This document shows, in pieces, positions 25,950-35,388 of a DNA stretch of 43,805 nt (within the stretch, counting starts at the first letter, position 1; each line of letters begins with the position of its first letter). The stretch spans positions 1 to 43,805 of the forward strand of contig DAJH01000040.1 of NCBI GenBank assembly GCA_002498925.1, in the 5' to 3' direction. The notes beneath the pieces are model-generated. The model made no database searches and was not told the origin of the DNA. It saw only the letters and a list, made by a program, of their open reading frames with translations. The DNA is from Euryarchaeota archaeon UBA173 (lineage in GTDB: Archaea > Thermoplasmatota > Poseidoniia > Poseidoniales > Thalassarchaeaceae). The position numbers and the translations under genes are program-made.

Positions 25950-27680
25950 CTATCTATGAAGCCATGACATCACTATGGCGCCGTTATTCGGAATCTCCTT
26001 TATTTTTGCAAAACCGATCCTTTCCAGTTGAACTACCATCCCTTCTACGAGTTCATAGTCCTCAATGACCCCGGAAACTTTCCGAATCTCATCCATCTGT
26101 GGAATTTCTAGAACAGCCTCCCTGGAAATTTCTAATGGTAGCCAGTGAGCAATTGTCCGCCTGTCGGTTCTTTCATTGGAAATCACTTCAGCGACTCCAT
26201 CTACGATCTTCACATCTGCAAATCCCTTCAGTCTGATATCAACAACGTCAATATCATCCCCCTCTAGATAGATTCTTTCTGAGATTGCGCCCCATTCCCT
26301 CATCCCAGATACGGTACCATCGGGATGTTTTGGCACCGAAACTTCAGCGACGTAATTTTCAACCGCATCGGGAATTTTAATTTTCATCTCAATAGGCCCC
26401 CTAACGAAGCTTCGACGTTCAGAGCCCGAGTCTATTGTGCTGGAATTCTTAGCCTCTATGCTCTGCATCGGTATCGAGATGTCTTTCTGCGTAAGCCCAA
26501 GCTCCAACCAGAATTCCCTAATGGCCTCCGGTGAGAACCCTCTTTTCCTTAGAGAGGAGATAGTTGGCAGCCTTGGGTCGTCCCATCCTGAGTATTTCCC
26601 CTCCGAAATATCCATCCTCATTCCAGATGTCGAGAAGCCACCAAACTCCAGGACCTTGACCCTTCCCCAATAGAGAGTTTCTGGGTAGTCCCATCCAAAG
26701 TGACCATACAGAATTGTTTGCTTTCGAGTGCTATCCATTAGGTCCTTACCCCTGACGATGTGAGTGACTCCTTGGAGATGATCTTCAATAGCACTCTGGA
26801 AGTCTAGTAGAGGCCATACTTTGTACTTCTCTCCAACCATTGGGTGTGGTGTGTGTTGGATTCTCAATGCAGGCCAATCCCTTAGTGCGGGGTTGGGTAG
26901 GTCTAGGGAAGTTTTCACCCGAATAACTGCCTCTCCCTCGGGAATCTTGCCGGAGACCATCGATTTCCAGAGATCTAGATTCAATGATACATCATTATCC
27001 CTGCAGGGGCACTCATCCTTATTATCTCGCAGAGTCTTGAAACTTTGTGCGGTACAACTGCAGGAATACCCGAAGCCCTCGGAAATCATCTTCTCAGCAT
27101 ATTCGAGATAAATGGGCATCCTGTCACTAGCCCTGATGACTACATCGGCCTTCTTTCCCGAAATCCACTCGTACTCTTCCTCTATCTGAGCGTATGCGGT
27201 CGGCTCAGGGGGCTTGACTTTAGTATCCGTATCGTCAAATCTCAGAACCACCCGTCCCCCGTTTATTTTGGCTAGTTCAGAATTGATTACGACGCCCCGA
27301 GAATGCCCGAGTGTCAATGGCCCATTCGGATTGGGCGCGAATCTCAATGTTGCCTCCCCCTCAATACCATTTGGAAGCTCTGGGAGTCCAGTTCTCTTCT
27401 TCTGCTTCTCCCTATGCAGGGCTTCCGGATTAGTATCTTCCAGTAATTTCCTTACTGCATCCACTCCTTCCAAACTAGCTATTTCATTAGCTTCGTCCAC
27501 AAGAAGCTGCACAAGCCCCCTAAGCTCCCTTGCCTTCGGCCTCAGCTCCTTCATCTCGGACAGGAGTCTACCAAGTACACTGCCAGCCTGCCCCTCGCCA
27601 TTGTATTCTACAGCGTTCTGCAGTGCATACTTACGTACTGCCTGGATTATCTCATTACTCCAGGCCTCAGATTCGCTCAT
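25950..27680 (-). CDS. gltX: Glutamyl-tRNA synthetase, archaeal/eukaryal type
   Basis: Archaeal GluRS N-terminal helical domain (AVRKYALQNAVEYNGEGQAGSVLGRLLSE). Class I HIGH-equivalent block RFAPNPNGPLTLGHSRG. VLRFDDTD, HIVRGKDL and the KMSKS-position loop FSTSGMR are also present. Confidence 0.92.
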   Translation of the reverse strand: MSESEAWSNEIIQAVRKYALQNAVEYNGEGQAGSVLGRLLSEMKELRPKARELRGLVQLLVDEANEIASLEGVDAVRKLLEDTNPEALHREKQKKRTGLPELPNGIEGEATLRFAPNPNGPLTLGHSRGVVINSELAKINGGRVVLRFDDTDTKVKPPEPTAYAQIEEEYEWISGKKADVVIRASDRMPIYLEYAEKMISEGFGYSCSCTAQSFKTLRDNKDECPCRDNDVSLNLDLWKSMVSGKIPEGEAVIRVKTSLDLPNPALRDWPALRIQHTPHPMVGEKYKVWPLLDFQSAIEDHLQGVTHIVRGKDLMDSTRKQTILYGHFGWDYPETLYWGRVKVLEFGGFSTSGMRMDISEGKYSGWDDPRLPTISSLRKRGFSPEAIREFWLELGLTQKDISIPMQSIEAKNSSTIDSGSERRSFVRGPIEMKIKIPDAVENYVAEVSVPKHPDGTVSGMREWGAISERIYLEGDDIDVVDIRLKGFADVKIVDGVAEVISNERTDRRTIAHWLPLEISREAVLEIPQMDEIRKVSGVIEDYELVEGMVVQLERIGFAKIKEIPNNGAIVMSWLHR

Positions 27681-27722
27681 ATTCGTTACTGGGCCACCGC
27701 CACTCCTTCTTTGTGATTCCCG

Positions 27723-28460
27723 TCATCCCCAGTCCCCAAGTGTTGATTGCGAGGTAATCTTCCCGTCCCCGGACCGTGAAGGTATTGGGGTTCCGTGGAC
27801 TTCGTACCAAGATTCAGCAACAGTCTTCCAACTCCATCTGAGGCAATCGTGAGGCAACTCTCCTGAAACTAGTTCTCGTACGGCCAACCTTGTTTTGGGA
27901 TCCGATGGATATCCGGACCCCACGTCCAGTCCCAAATCCCTTGAAAGCTCACCAATTCTAGAGTCCCTCTCGATTTTAGCAATAATGCTAGCTGCACTAG
28001 TAACAATGTCCAATGAATCCATACCGTGCCTTGATTCAATATCCCACTGCTTCCAACCTTCCCCCAGTTCAATGGAGACCCTTTTCCCGAACCTGTCTTC
28101 ATCAACGTCACAAGCATCGACTTTCAGATGTCCACTATTCTCTGGATCCGCACTCAATTCCAATGCCTCAGAAAATAACTTCACTTCCAGACTGTTCAAA
28201 TCTGAATTTATGCTGTTGTAGTCTATCCTTGAAGGTTCACAGACAGCAAGTCCGACCCCCCATCCCCTATTCTCAACCTCTCTAATTATGTCATTATAGA
28301 CACTCTCTCTTTTACTAGATGAGAGGGCCTTCGAGTCCATTGCCCCGGTCGCTTTTATGAATTCTAAGTCTTCGGATGGAACGCAAAGTGAGCAAACGAC
28401 CAATGGGCCCAATGCCGGGCCCCTGCCAGCCTCATCTATCCCTGCCCTAGGGCTTCTCAT
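27723..28460 (-). CDS. rnhB: Ribonuclease HII
   Basis: The GIDEAGRGPALGPLVV catalytic DEAGRG block, a DSK motif and an IIAKIERD block are present. The start ATG overlaps the stop of the upstream 715-aa gene in an ATGA 4-nt overlap. Confidence 0.9.
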   Translation of the reverse strand: MRSPRAGIDEAGRGPALGPLVVCSLCVPSEDLEFIKATGAMDSKALSSSKRESVYNDIIREVENRGWGVGLAVCEPSRIDYNSINSDLNSLEVKLFSEALELSADPENSGHLKVDACDVDEDRFGKRVSIELGEGWKQWDIESRHGMDSLDIVTSAASIIAKIERDSRIGELSRDLGLDVGSGYPSDPKTRLAVRELVSGELPHDCLRWSWKTVAESWYEVHGTPIPSRSGDGKITSQSTLGDWG

Positions 28461-30604
28461 ATCTCGAGGTCAAAGTCAGAAGGAACTTCATCATCACTGC
28501 TGGAATCAACTCGATTACCGGTTTCACCAGGAACTTCCAATATTTCGTTATCTGGGTGAAGAATATCATCACCTGTGAGCTCATCTGCTATCCTCATCGC
28601 CTCCTGGATGTCGTCTTCTGTTTGTGCCTTATCCAAAATATTGCTCGCTTCACTGACAATCCTCCCATCCGGCGACTCAAGAGGTTTCTCGGAAACCCCT
28701 CCCGATTTTTCCATGAAGTTAGTTTTGAATTCTGAATGGGGCAAAATCGGACTTTCAATAACGCCTGTTTCTACGACTTCTTCTTTCTTAAATCGTGAAA
28801 TCCATTCCTCGGCCTTTCCAGTTTCAAGTCCCTTCGCCTCTCTGGGGTTTTCCATTTCCCTAGACCTGATCGATAATGCCTTCACCACTCCTGCCGTACC
28901 AATGACCACTACGACGATGATTAGGGAAATCTCTAGCCACTTATTCATCCATTTGACCACAATCTCTCTTATCCCATCTTCAACAGGGGGCGGATCATCA
29001 ATCTCCGCGCCAGGAATTATTGCCATTTCCGTGCCCGTGAATATTATTGATGGGTCCCTAGTTGACCTAACTTCTACTGTTAATATGGCCTGGGATTCTA
29101 TAGGGGCAACATCCGGAACTATCATCCAAGAAATGAAAGAAACAGATTCTCCAGATTGGACATCCAGCAGTTCGAAGGACCTAGGTGCACCGGAGCTCGA
29201 GTCAAAACTCGAACCGACCGGGGGTATGAAGCAGAAATCAGTAACTACGTTAGAATCAAGATTCGCAACTATCCCATCCGGGCCATTACCAGAATTCATT
29301 AAAGTCCAAGTTGAAGTCAAATTATTTCCTTCAACAATCTCCGAAGTTGCCATCTCTAAGGTCCAACTGAAGTAATCCCCAGAAACTATGGTGAATGATA
29401 CATATCCAGGGGACCAATCATCGACAATCAGTTGCACTGTAACATAAGCGGTCTTTCCAGACTCTGTTCCTTCAGCAACTGTTGCATTTATCGATATCCC
29501 GCCAACAGAGTTTCCTGGAGCTATTGTATAGCCACTCTCCGTGAAACCAATGTCGATCCACTCTTCCCCTCCAATCAGATTTAGGTCGAATCTCGAGACA
29601 ACGTCACCCGTATTTGAAATCTCCAAGACTATCTCACAGAATTCTCCGGGAGTAGTTTCTGAATCTGAACACCCATCGCCGGACTTCTCGATTTCCCCGC
29701 CAACCCTTGGAACTATGTTTACGCCTTGGACAGATTTGGATACCGAATCAGGGGATGCCTCGCTCCAAACTAACGCCTCGAAAAATAGAACTCCTTCGTT
29801 ATCCGATGGCGAGTCTATCTGAATTCTTGCCGCAACAGTCCCATTGGGTGGAACGTTTTCAAGTTGCCATCTGTCAATTACAGAAGCACTCCAACCATCA
29901 TAGGAGAAGAATAAATCCGATTGACCGACAGGTTCAGATTCGGAATCTAAGGGTATTATTTCCAGTTCCAAGTTCCTCCATGAGTTACCCTCATTCCTAA
30001 GTGTTATTTCGAAAATATCAGTACTTCCAGGCTCTATGGAAGAAACCCCCCCTCCCTCTACAATGGCCGCACCATCGAAGAATCCATACCTGAGTGAGAA
30101 GTTATACCAATCCGACGAAATATTATCCAATGATTGCACCATCATAGAAAATTGATGGAGGGATTCCGATAGGGGAAGCCCTCCCGAAACCGAAGGGGCC
30201 CCGATGGAAAAACCAACCCATGCCGTAGACTCTGGTGATAATTCGTAAAGATGCCCCAGGGATGGACTTTCCAGGTTGCTCCAAGAAATATTCCATCCCA
30301 CAGGGCCGGAAATTGAAACTATGGCGCCATCACTAAACTCCTCATTATTCGTGAAATTTACATTTATCCCTATCTCCGAGCCAGGATCAATGTCGAAGAT
30401 TGAACCAGACTCGACACCAAACGTAGTGCCTACCTCGTCTACAGCTTCTTGTGCCCCCGCGGTGAATGAAAATGATAGCACCACTAGTGCCACCAAAGGT
30501 AGAGTCCTCCCTCTCACAAACACCCCTAGATGCCGAGTGATTTCATTCCTGCCCCCATATGGCCCATTTACGGAGCATTCATGAGGTTGGGTGCCGTTCG
30601 CCAA
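28457..30604 (-). CDS. Type I membrane protein (715 aa) with CARDB/COG1470-like beta-sandwich repeats and an acidic cytoplasmic tail
   Basis: Signal-like RGRTLPLVALVVLSFSFTAGA. Repeated modules carry the N-x-G-[ND] strand motif (ITLRNEGNSWRNLELEI, LEISNTGDVVSRFDLNL, WTLMNSGNGPDGIV). The TM helix is LEISLIIVVVVIGTAGVV, followed by a ~150-aa acidic tail. The true start may be the in-frame GTG at 30523, which gives MFVRGRTLPL... Confidence 0.8.
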   Translation of the reverse strand: MANGTQPHECSVNGPYGGRNEITRHLGVFVRGRTLPLVALVVLSFSFTAGAQEAVDEVGTTFGVESGSIFDIDPGSEIGINVNFTNNEEFSDGAIVSISGPVGWNISWSNLESPSLGHLYELSPESTAWVGFSIGAPSVSGGLPLSESLHQFSMMVQSLDNISSDWYNFSLRYGFFDGAAIVEGGGVSSIEPGSTDIFEITLRNEGNSWRNLELEIIPLDSESEPVGQSDLFFSYDGWSASVIDRWQLENVPPNGTVAARIQIDSPSDNEGVLFFEALVWSEASPDSVSKSVQGVNIVPRVGGEIEKSGDGCSDSETTPGEFCEIVLEISNTGDVVSRFDLNLIGGEEWIDIGFTESGYTIAPGNSVGGISINATVAEGTESGKTAYVTVQLIVDDWSPGYVSFTIVSGDYFSWTLEMATSEIVEGNNLTSTWTLMNSGNGPDGIVANLDSNVVTDFCFIPPVGSSFDSSSGAPRSFELLDVQSGESVSFISWMIVPDVAPIESQAILTVEVRSTRDPSIIFTGTEMAIIPGAEIDDPPPVEDGIREIVVKWMNKWLEISLIIVVVVIGTAGVVKALSIRSREMENPREAKGLETGKAEEWISRFKKEEVVETGVIESPILPHSEFKTNFMEKSGGVSEKPLESPDGRIVSEASNILDKAQTEDDIQEAMRIADELTGDDILHPDNEILEVPGETGNRVDSSSDDEVPSDFDLEI

Positions 30605-30606
30605 TC

Positions 30607-30792
30607 ATGACACCGGTATGGCCGTTCTCCAGAAAGAAATCCAAACCGCGCAAGGTAAAGCCAATCGAGGACAAGCCCGTCGTCAACTATGAGCGTCCGT
30701 CAGAAGACGATCAAAAGAGTAAGTTGGAAGACAGAAGCCACCTCGAAGACAAGGACTTCCTTGATGCGATGGCTCTTCTAGAGGACAAGTAA
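30607..30792 (+). CDS. Small charged hypothetical protein (61 aa); uncertain gene
   Basis: The ORF has a Lys-rich start (MTPVWPFSRKKSKPRKVKP) and an acidic remainder. It is the only ORF in this 200-nt gap. No motif recognised. Confidence 0.3.
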   Translation: MTPVWPFSRKKSKPRKVKPIEDKPVVNYERPSEDDQKSKLEDRSHLEDKDFLDAMALLEDK

Positions 30793-30802
30793 TTGTTGTA
30801 AC

Positions 30803-32557
30803 TTAGAGAACAGGGTCGGGTATTGCCCTGGCTAGCTTTTCAACATCAAACTCACCGGCGTGTATTGGTGATTTTAATCCAAATTCATTGGAGACTCCGG
30901 GATCTATCTCGCCGAATTGCCCTACCTCCACTCCATCGATAATTACCCGGGCCCCCCTTCCAACTATCCAAGGCCCATCTCCCGCATCCATCGGCAGATA
31001 TTCGATCAGATCCAAGGCCCCGCCCAAATCTCTGACTAATGCCTGTGTGATGCCCTTCGCAGAAGCGAATCCACCACCAACCTCAGCACACGCCCAAGAA
31101 GCACTCGTCCTATTCTTCGAATCGCGGACTACCTCGCCTAGCTCGTAAACCCTCTGCGGTAACTCGTGATGCCTATTGGAAGAGAGTAATCTGAGTAGGG
31201 ATGGCAGGATGAATTGACGCATCATGGTGTGATCCATCGTAATGGGATTGGAAATTATTGAAGATCCCCCTCTTTCTTTCCACCTCATAATCTCAAATTG
31301 ATCTCTTTTATTGGACAGAGTGAGGCTCTGAGTCTCTTGTAGTCCAACCGCTCTGAAGCTGGCCCTGATCCTGCGATTAATTTGAGAAGAAGGAAGTGGC
31401 ACAGCATCAATGTGTACGGAAGACAACCTCTGGGGGAGATTGCCGTAGCCGAATCCTATGGCAATGTCCTCGATAATATCTACTGGATGCATAATGTCAC
31501 TACGCCACCTCGGCATTGAGATGATGTGTTCCTTCTCACCCACAACACAATCTGCCCATCTCTCGGATCTTTCAGAACCCTCCGTGACAGTCCTAGTCTC
31601 AATCAACTCTCCGCCCATCTTCGAAATAGATTCAGAAATCTCAGCTTCTCCTAACTTAATTCCAAGTATCTTCTCCACTAGTTTTCCAGGGACTCTGTGA
31701 CTCTTTTTGTCGAAATTGGGTGTGATAATCACATCACTGTTCCACCCCGATATTTCGACGCTCTCCACCTTGCCACCCAATTCTGAAAGAGACAGACAAA
31801 CCAGTAATAGGCATGCCTCACAAGCGCGGGCATCGGTTCCTGTGACATCTATGAAGAAGTCAGTAGTGCCCTCGTTTACAGTGGTGTTATCTCCATTAAT
31901 TATTGGGGGAAATGAGAGGATATCATCGTTCGAATCAACGATGATTGGGAAACGACTCATTCCATCCATTAGGTGGGCGTATTCTATTCCCTTGGGATGC
32001 TGTGTAAGGACCTCCGAGATGCTCATTTCATTTTCCGAAGCTAGCGGCACGAATGAGTATCCATCGTCCACAGTTTCATATCGGAATGGTGGCTGTAGTT
32101 TAGATAGGTCATGAACACCTATCGACGATAGAGACCTCTTCCTGCCCAGTGTGAGGTGCAACTTCTCTTGATGGTCCATTATTGATTGAATGAATGCATC
32201 TTTCTCAGAGTCATTTGATCCAGTGTCCACACCCCTCACCACTGCAGCAAAAATCACAGGCCTAACATCCTCCAGGGATTTGTCAACATCAATCTTTATT
32301 CCACTACTAATCACTTCAACGTCACTTACTGTGTCATGAGCACCCATGAATGAGCGAGCAGCCCTAGCCATTGTTTCGTGACCAAGTAAGTCTGGCCTGT
32401 CTGGAAAAACCTCAATTTCAATTTCTTCCTCATTGAATCCCTCTACTGGACAACCAATATCCGGAAGAAAGTCTGGCCATCTTTCTCTTTGGTGGTTGAA
32501 GTTGTTAATTCTCTGAATCCTCTCTATCACAGAATGCTGGAGGCTAATGGTCGGCAT
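30803..32557 (-). CDS. pheT: Phenylalanyl-tRNA synthetase beta subunit, archaeal type
   Basis: The MPTISLQ... start, the B3/4 block EIEIEVFPDRPDLLGHETMARAARSF, and the B5 and class-II-like C-terminal domains are in the archaeal PheT order, at about 580 aa. Confidence 0.9.
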   Translation of the reverse strand: MPTISLQHSVIERIQRINNFNHQRERWPDFLPDIGCPVEGFNEEEIEIEVFPDRPDLLGHETMARAARSFMGAHDTVSDVEVISSGIKIDVDKSLEDVRPVIFAAVVRGVDTGSNDSEKDAFIQSIMDHQEKLHLTLGRKRSLSSIGVHDLSKLQPPFRYETVDDGYSFVPLASENEMSISEVLTQHPKGIEYAHLMDGMSRFPIIVDSNDDILSFPPIINGDNTTVNEGTTDFFIDVTGTDARACEACLLLVCLSLSELGGKVESVEISGWNSDVIITPNFDKKSHRVPGKLVEKILGIKLGEAEISESISKMGGELIETRTVTEGSERSERWADCVVGEKEHIISMPRWRSDIMHPVDIIEDIAIGFGYGNLPQRLSSVHIDAVPLPSSQINRRIRASFRAVGLQETQSLTLSNKRDQFEIMRWKERGGSSIISNPITMDHTMMRQFILPSLLRLLSSNRHHELPQRVYELGEVVRDSKNRTSASWACAEVGGGFASAKGITQALVRDLGGALDLIEYLPMDAGDGPWIVGRGARVIIDGVEVGQFGEIDPGVSNEFGLKSPIHAGEFDVEKLARAIPDPVL

Positions 32558-32566
32558 TACAAAACC

Positions 32567-34147
32567 TCAATTCCCAAGCCACATTGGTAAAGGCCTTTCG
32601 AATCCAACTAACCTAAGTCCGCTGATTGCGGCCGTATCCATATTCATAGCCCTGAGATTTCTTCTACTGAACATTGAAACCTGACTAACTCCAATTTCCT
32701 TCATCCATCCTCTAAATTCAGAACCCAGGTCGGAAAGATGTGCCGCCGCATCGCAATCATCAGGAATGGGTCCGACAATGAAGGAGCACCCAGCTGAAGC
32801 AGCTATTACTAGGTCTGCCGAGCTAGGTGCATTGTCGACCTCAATCGCTATGGCCCTGCCATGGGAGTTGAAGTCCATCGCCCTCGCTGCAAGGCCAATC
32901 CTAGGTAATGCTGATGCCGCCCTATTCCCCCCATAGGCTCCAGCATCCACTATGGCACCATCGAGATCTAATTCGGAAACGAGTCTGAATAAATGCTCCA
33001 CTCTTTCGACTCCATCCTTGAGGAAGACCAATGAAGCCTCATCCATCGTGCTGGTAAGAGATACAATCAAACCCTCTATTTCAGCATCATTCAGTGGGGG
33101 AAGGTCTGCAAGGTCCAGAATTAGCCCGGAACAATTCGAAAGGTCATCAACAGCATCCACAAGCTCACCCGTCCCAACAAGGAGGAGGTCACTACTTCGT
33201 GGGGACCCCTTCGCCATCGCAGGATGTTCAGAAGCCGAGGAATTCCCTAAAACTGCTCCATTGCCAGACTTGATTAGCCAAGGTATCGGTAATCGTATCC
33301 CCCCCTCATCGCCTCCAACTGGAAGTATATTCACACCACTATCGATATGGGCATGTTCTGGTAGCCTATCTGTAGCTGAGGGGAATATTCCTATGTTCTC
33401 AAAACCTTCAGAAATGCTCCTTGTGGGGGCGGAGTCGACCTGAGCCCCCTCTCCATCAGCCACCAAAATCAATGCATCATCCCCTACAGAGAGCCCTAGT
33501 GGCTCCAATAATACGGAAAACTCCTCAATTTCTGAATCAGTAATGGATCTCATAGACGCCCCAGGGCCAGGAGGTGGACAGCTTCCCAAAATAACGATTT
33601 TTCCCCCTCTGATGCCAATACCGGGATTGGGTCCAGCAGAGCCCATAACGATCACAGTACCACCAGTCATCCCGGCTCCAACGTTGTCTCCAACATGCCC
33701 CCTGACAACCAACGAACCACCAGTCATCCCGGCTCCAGCCTCCCTTCCTGCCGAGCCATGCACAGTAATCGTCCCTCCAGACATGTGAAAACCCGCCCTA
33801 TCTCCAACATCACGCTCCACAACAGCTCTTCCGCTGCGTTGGAAAGCGCCCAACATCGAACCGCATCCACCTTCCAGTGTTAGTGAACCACCCCTGTTCA
33901 TTCCGCCAACACACTCTCCCAATTCTCCAAGAATCAGAACTCTTGACTTGGGAGGTAGGTGAGTGATGACCCCAAACTCTCCAGTACGGGGCTTTAGATC
34001 ACCGCCAGCACCATAACCAATCTTGATTAAACGATCTTTTTCCATCGCCTCAGGGAGCATTCTAGCAATGTCTCTGTTGAGCTTGAGGCTCTTCGCAGTC
34101 AAATCCCTCATCGCACTCGACTCGTGACACGAGCAAGTGGTCTTCAT
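32567..34147 (-). CDS. GXGXG-motif beta-helix protein (glutamate synthase domain-4/FwdC-like) fused to a degenerate GltS FMN-barrel-like C-terminal half
   Basis: aa ~80-200 (about nt 33550-33910) reads GDRAGFHMSGGTITVHGSAGREAGAGMTGGSLVVRGHVGDNVGAGMTGGTVIVMGSAGPNPGIGIRGGKIVILG, the GXGXG repeat pattern. The C-terminal half has a weak GltS-barrel-like block (VDAGAYGGNRAASALP, compare DG-x-x-GGTGAAP). It ends 9 nt upstream of pheT on the same strand. Confidence 0.7.
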   Translation of the reverse strand: MKTTCSCHESSAMRDLTAKSLKLNRDIARMLPEAMEKDRLIKIGYGAGGDLKPRTGEFGVITHLPPKSRVLILGELGECVGGMNRGGSLTLEGGCGSMLGAFQRSGRAVVERDVGDRAGFHMSGGTITVHGSAGREAGAGMTGGSLVVRGHVGDNVGAGMTGGTVIVMGSAGPNPGIGIRGGKIVILGSCPPPGPGASMRSITDSEIEEFSVLLEPLGLSVGDDALILVADGEGAQVDSAPTRSISEGFENIGIFPSATDRLPEHAHIDSGVNILPVGGDEGGIRLPIPWLIKSGNGAVLGNSSASEHPAMAKGSPRSSDLLLVGTGELVDAVDDLSNCSGLILDLADLPPLNDAEIEGLIVSLTSTMDEASLVFLKDGVERVEHLFRLVSELDLDGAIVDAGAYGGNRAASALPRIGLAARAMDFNSHGRAIAIEVDNAPSSADLVIAASAGCSFIVGPIPDDCDAAAHLSDLGSEFRGWMKEIGVSQVSMFSRRNLRAMNMDTAAISGLRLVGFERPLPMWLGN

Positions 34148-34245
34148 TGTGACGGGCGTCTATGTGGCTGACACCTCATTTCATTTAATTGGCCAATCCG
34201 GCGAATGGGTATGTTGATAGAGGGAAGTCAGGGGCATCCAATCAA

Positions 34246-34255
34246 GGAGAGGTGG
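34246..34255 (+). promoter_or_regulatory. Shine-Dalgarno-like GGAGAGGTGG upstream of the probable GTG start of gap
   Basis: GAGGTG is complementary to the archaeal 16S 3' end (CACCUC). It lies 7 nt before the in-frame GTG at 34262, which yields the canonical V-I-K-V-A-I-N-G-F-G-T-I-G-K-R N-terminus. Confidence 0.5.
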
Positions 34256-34261
34256 AATACT

Positions 34262-35302
34262 GTGGGAGTAATCAAGGTTGCAATTAATGGCTTTGGGACA
34301 ATTGGAAAGCGTGTCGCGGACGCCGTGGACGCACAAGATGACATGGAAGTAGTCGGCGTCACTAAGACGGGCCCATCGTTTGGATGCGATCTAGCAGTAA
34401 AGAAGGGATTCCCTCTTTACTGCACATTCGATGATGAAGAATCGATCTCCCGCTTTGGGATGAATGGTTATGAATGCTCAGGAGGGCTATCAGACCTACT
34501 CTCGGTCGCTGATGTGGTAGTTGACTGCGCTCCGGGAAAGTTGGGTGCCGACAATCTCTCAAAGTACAAGTCAGCTGGAATCAAATACATGTTCCAAGGG
34601 GGCGAAAAACATTCTCTCACGGGTCTTTCTTACACATCTTCCGCAAATCATGTCGAGAATCTTAACGCGCAGGGAACAAGGGTCGTTTCTTGCAATACCA
34701 CTGGACTTTCTCGCACCCTAGTTCCCCTTTTCGAACATTGCGGGTCGTTGAAAGTAGAATGCACAATGATTCGCAGAGCAGCTGATCCTGGAGATTCGAA
34801 CAGAGGCCCGATCAATGCGATAAAACCAGTACTCAAGGTCCCTAGTCATCACGGCCCAGATGTGATGACGGTCAAGCCAGAGATAGAAATCAACAGCCTT
34901 GCAGTAGCAGTTCCAACTACTATTATGCACGTTCACTCTATTATTGCCGATTTACCGCCCGGTCATGGACTCACAACGGAGTCGGTAATAGAACTCTGGA
35001 GTAACACCCCTCGGGTCATCATTATGAACGGCTCTGAACATAGGATTACTACTACTGCAGAGGTTATGGAGATGGCCCGAGATATTGGTAGAAAATGGGG
35101 CGATTTGCATGAAATTTTCGTATGGGAGGATGGTGTTAAGCTAGTCGGAGATCGTCTATATTATTTCCAAGCCATACACCAGGAAAGTGACGTCATTCCG
35201 GAGAATATTGATTGTATCCGAGCCCTAATGGGAACAGAGTCAGATTGGAGAAAGAGCGTAGAGATGACCGATTCAGCAATTTCCCGCTATTATGGCCTCT
35301 GA
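34262..35302 (+). CDS. gap: Type II (archaeal) NAD(P)-dependent glyceraldehyde-3-phosphate dehydrogenase
   Basis: IKVAINGFGTIGKRVADAV Rossmann start, catalytic Cys in VVSCNTTGL, and PSHHGPDV are present. The length from GTG 34262 is 346 aa, typical for the family. The longest ORF starts at ATG 34205. Confidence 0.9.
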   Translation: MGVIKVAINGFGTIGKRVADAVDAQDDMEVVGVTKTGPSFGCDLAVKKGFPLYCTFDDEESISRFGMNGYECSGGLSDLLSVADVVVDCAPGKLGADNLSKYKSAGIKYMFQGGEKHSLTGLSYTSSANHVENLNAQGTRVVSCNTTGLSRTLVPLFEHCGSLKVECTMIRRAADPGDSNRGPINAIKPVLKVPSHHGPDVMTVKPEIEINSLAVAVPTTIMHVHSIIADLPPGHGLTTESVIELWSNTPRVIIMNGSEHRITTTAEVMEMARDIGRKWGDLHEIFVWEDGVKLVGDRLYYFQAIHQESDVIPENIDCIRALMGTESDWRKSVEMTDSAISRYYGL

Positions 35303-35373
35303 GGGGGGTTTTCTGACCTAGGATAATGACTCATTTTAGAATCAACTGTCGTTAACGGTCAAAAGTCAGGCTT

Positions 35374-35388
35374 GGGTCCGAAGGACCC
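35374..35388 (+). promoter_or_regulatory. Perfect 6-bp hairpin abutting the start codon of the giant protease gene
   Basis: GGGTCC-GAA-GGACCC is immediately followed by the ATG at 35389. The 3' arm and loop contain the only purine-rich SD-like stretch (GAAGGA). Confidence 0.3.

Noticed and set aside
27214-27852. 212-aa plus-strand ORF antisense to gltX
   Set aside because: The opposite strand encodes an unambiguous full-length GluRS. The plus-strand translation is low-complexity (S/L/P/T-rich), as is typical of antisense frames.
28575-29375. 266-aa plus-strand ORF antisense to the 715-aa surface-protein gene
   Set aside because: The minus strand carries a much longer ORF with a signal peptide, repeated N-x-G-N modules and a TM helix. 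The plus-strand product is Ser/Thr/Ile-rich with no features.
32952-33443. 163-aa plus-strand ORF, together with 33543-33788 and 33695-33883, antisense to the GXGXG gene
   Set aside because: These are shadow ORFs created by the Gly-rich (GGN/NCC) repeat coding on the other strand. The translations are Pro/Ser-rich.
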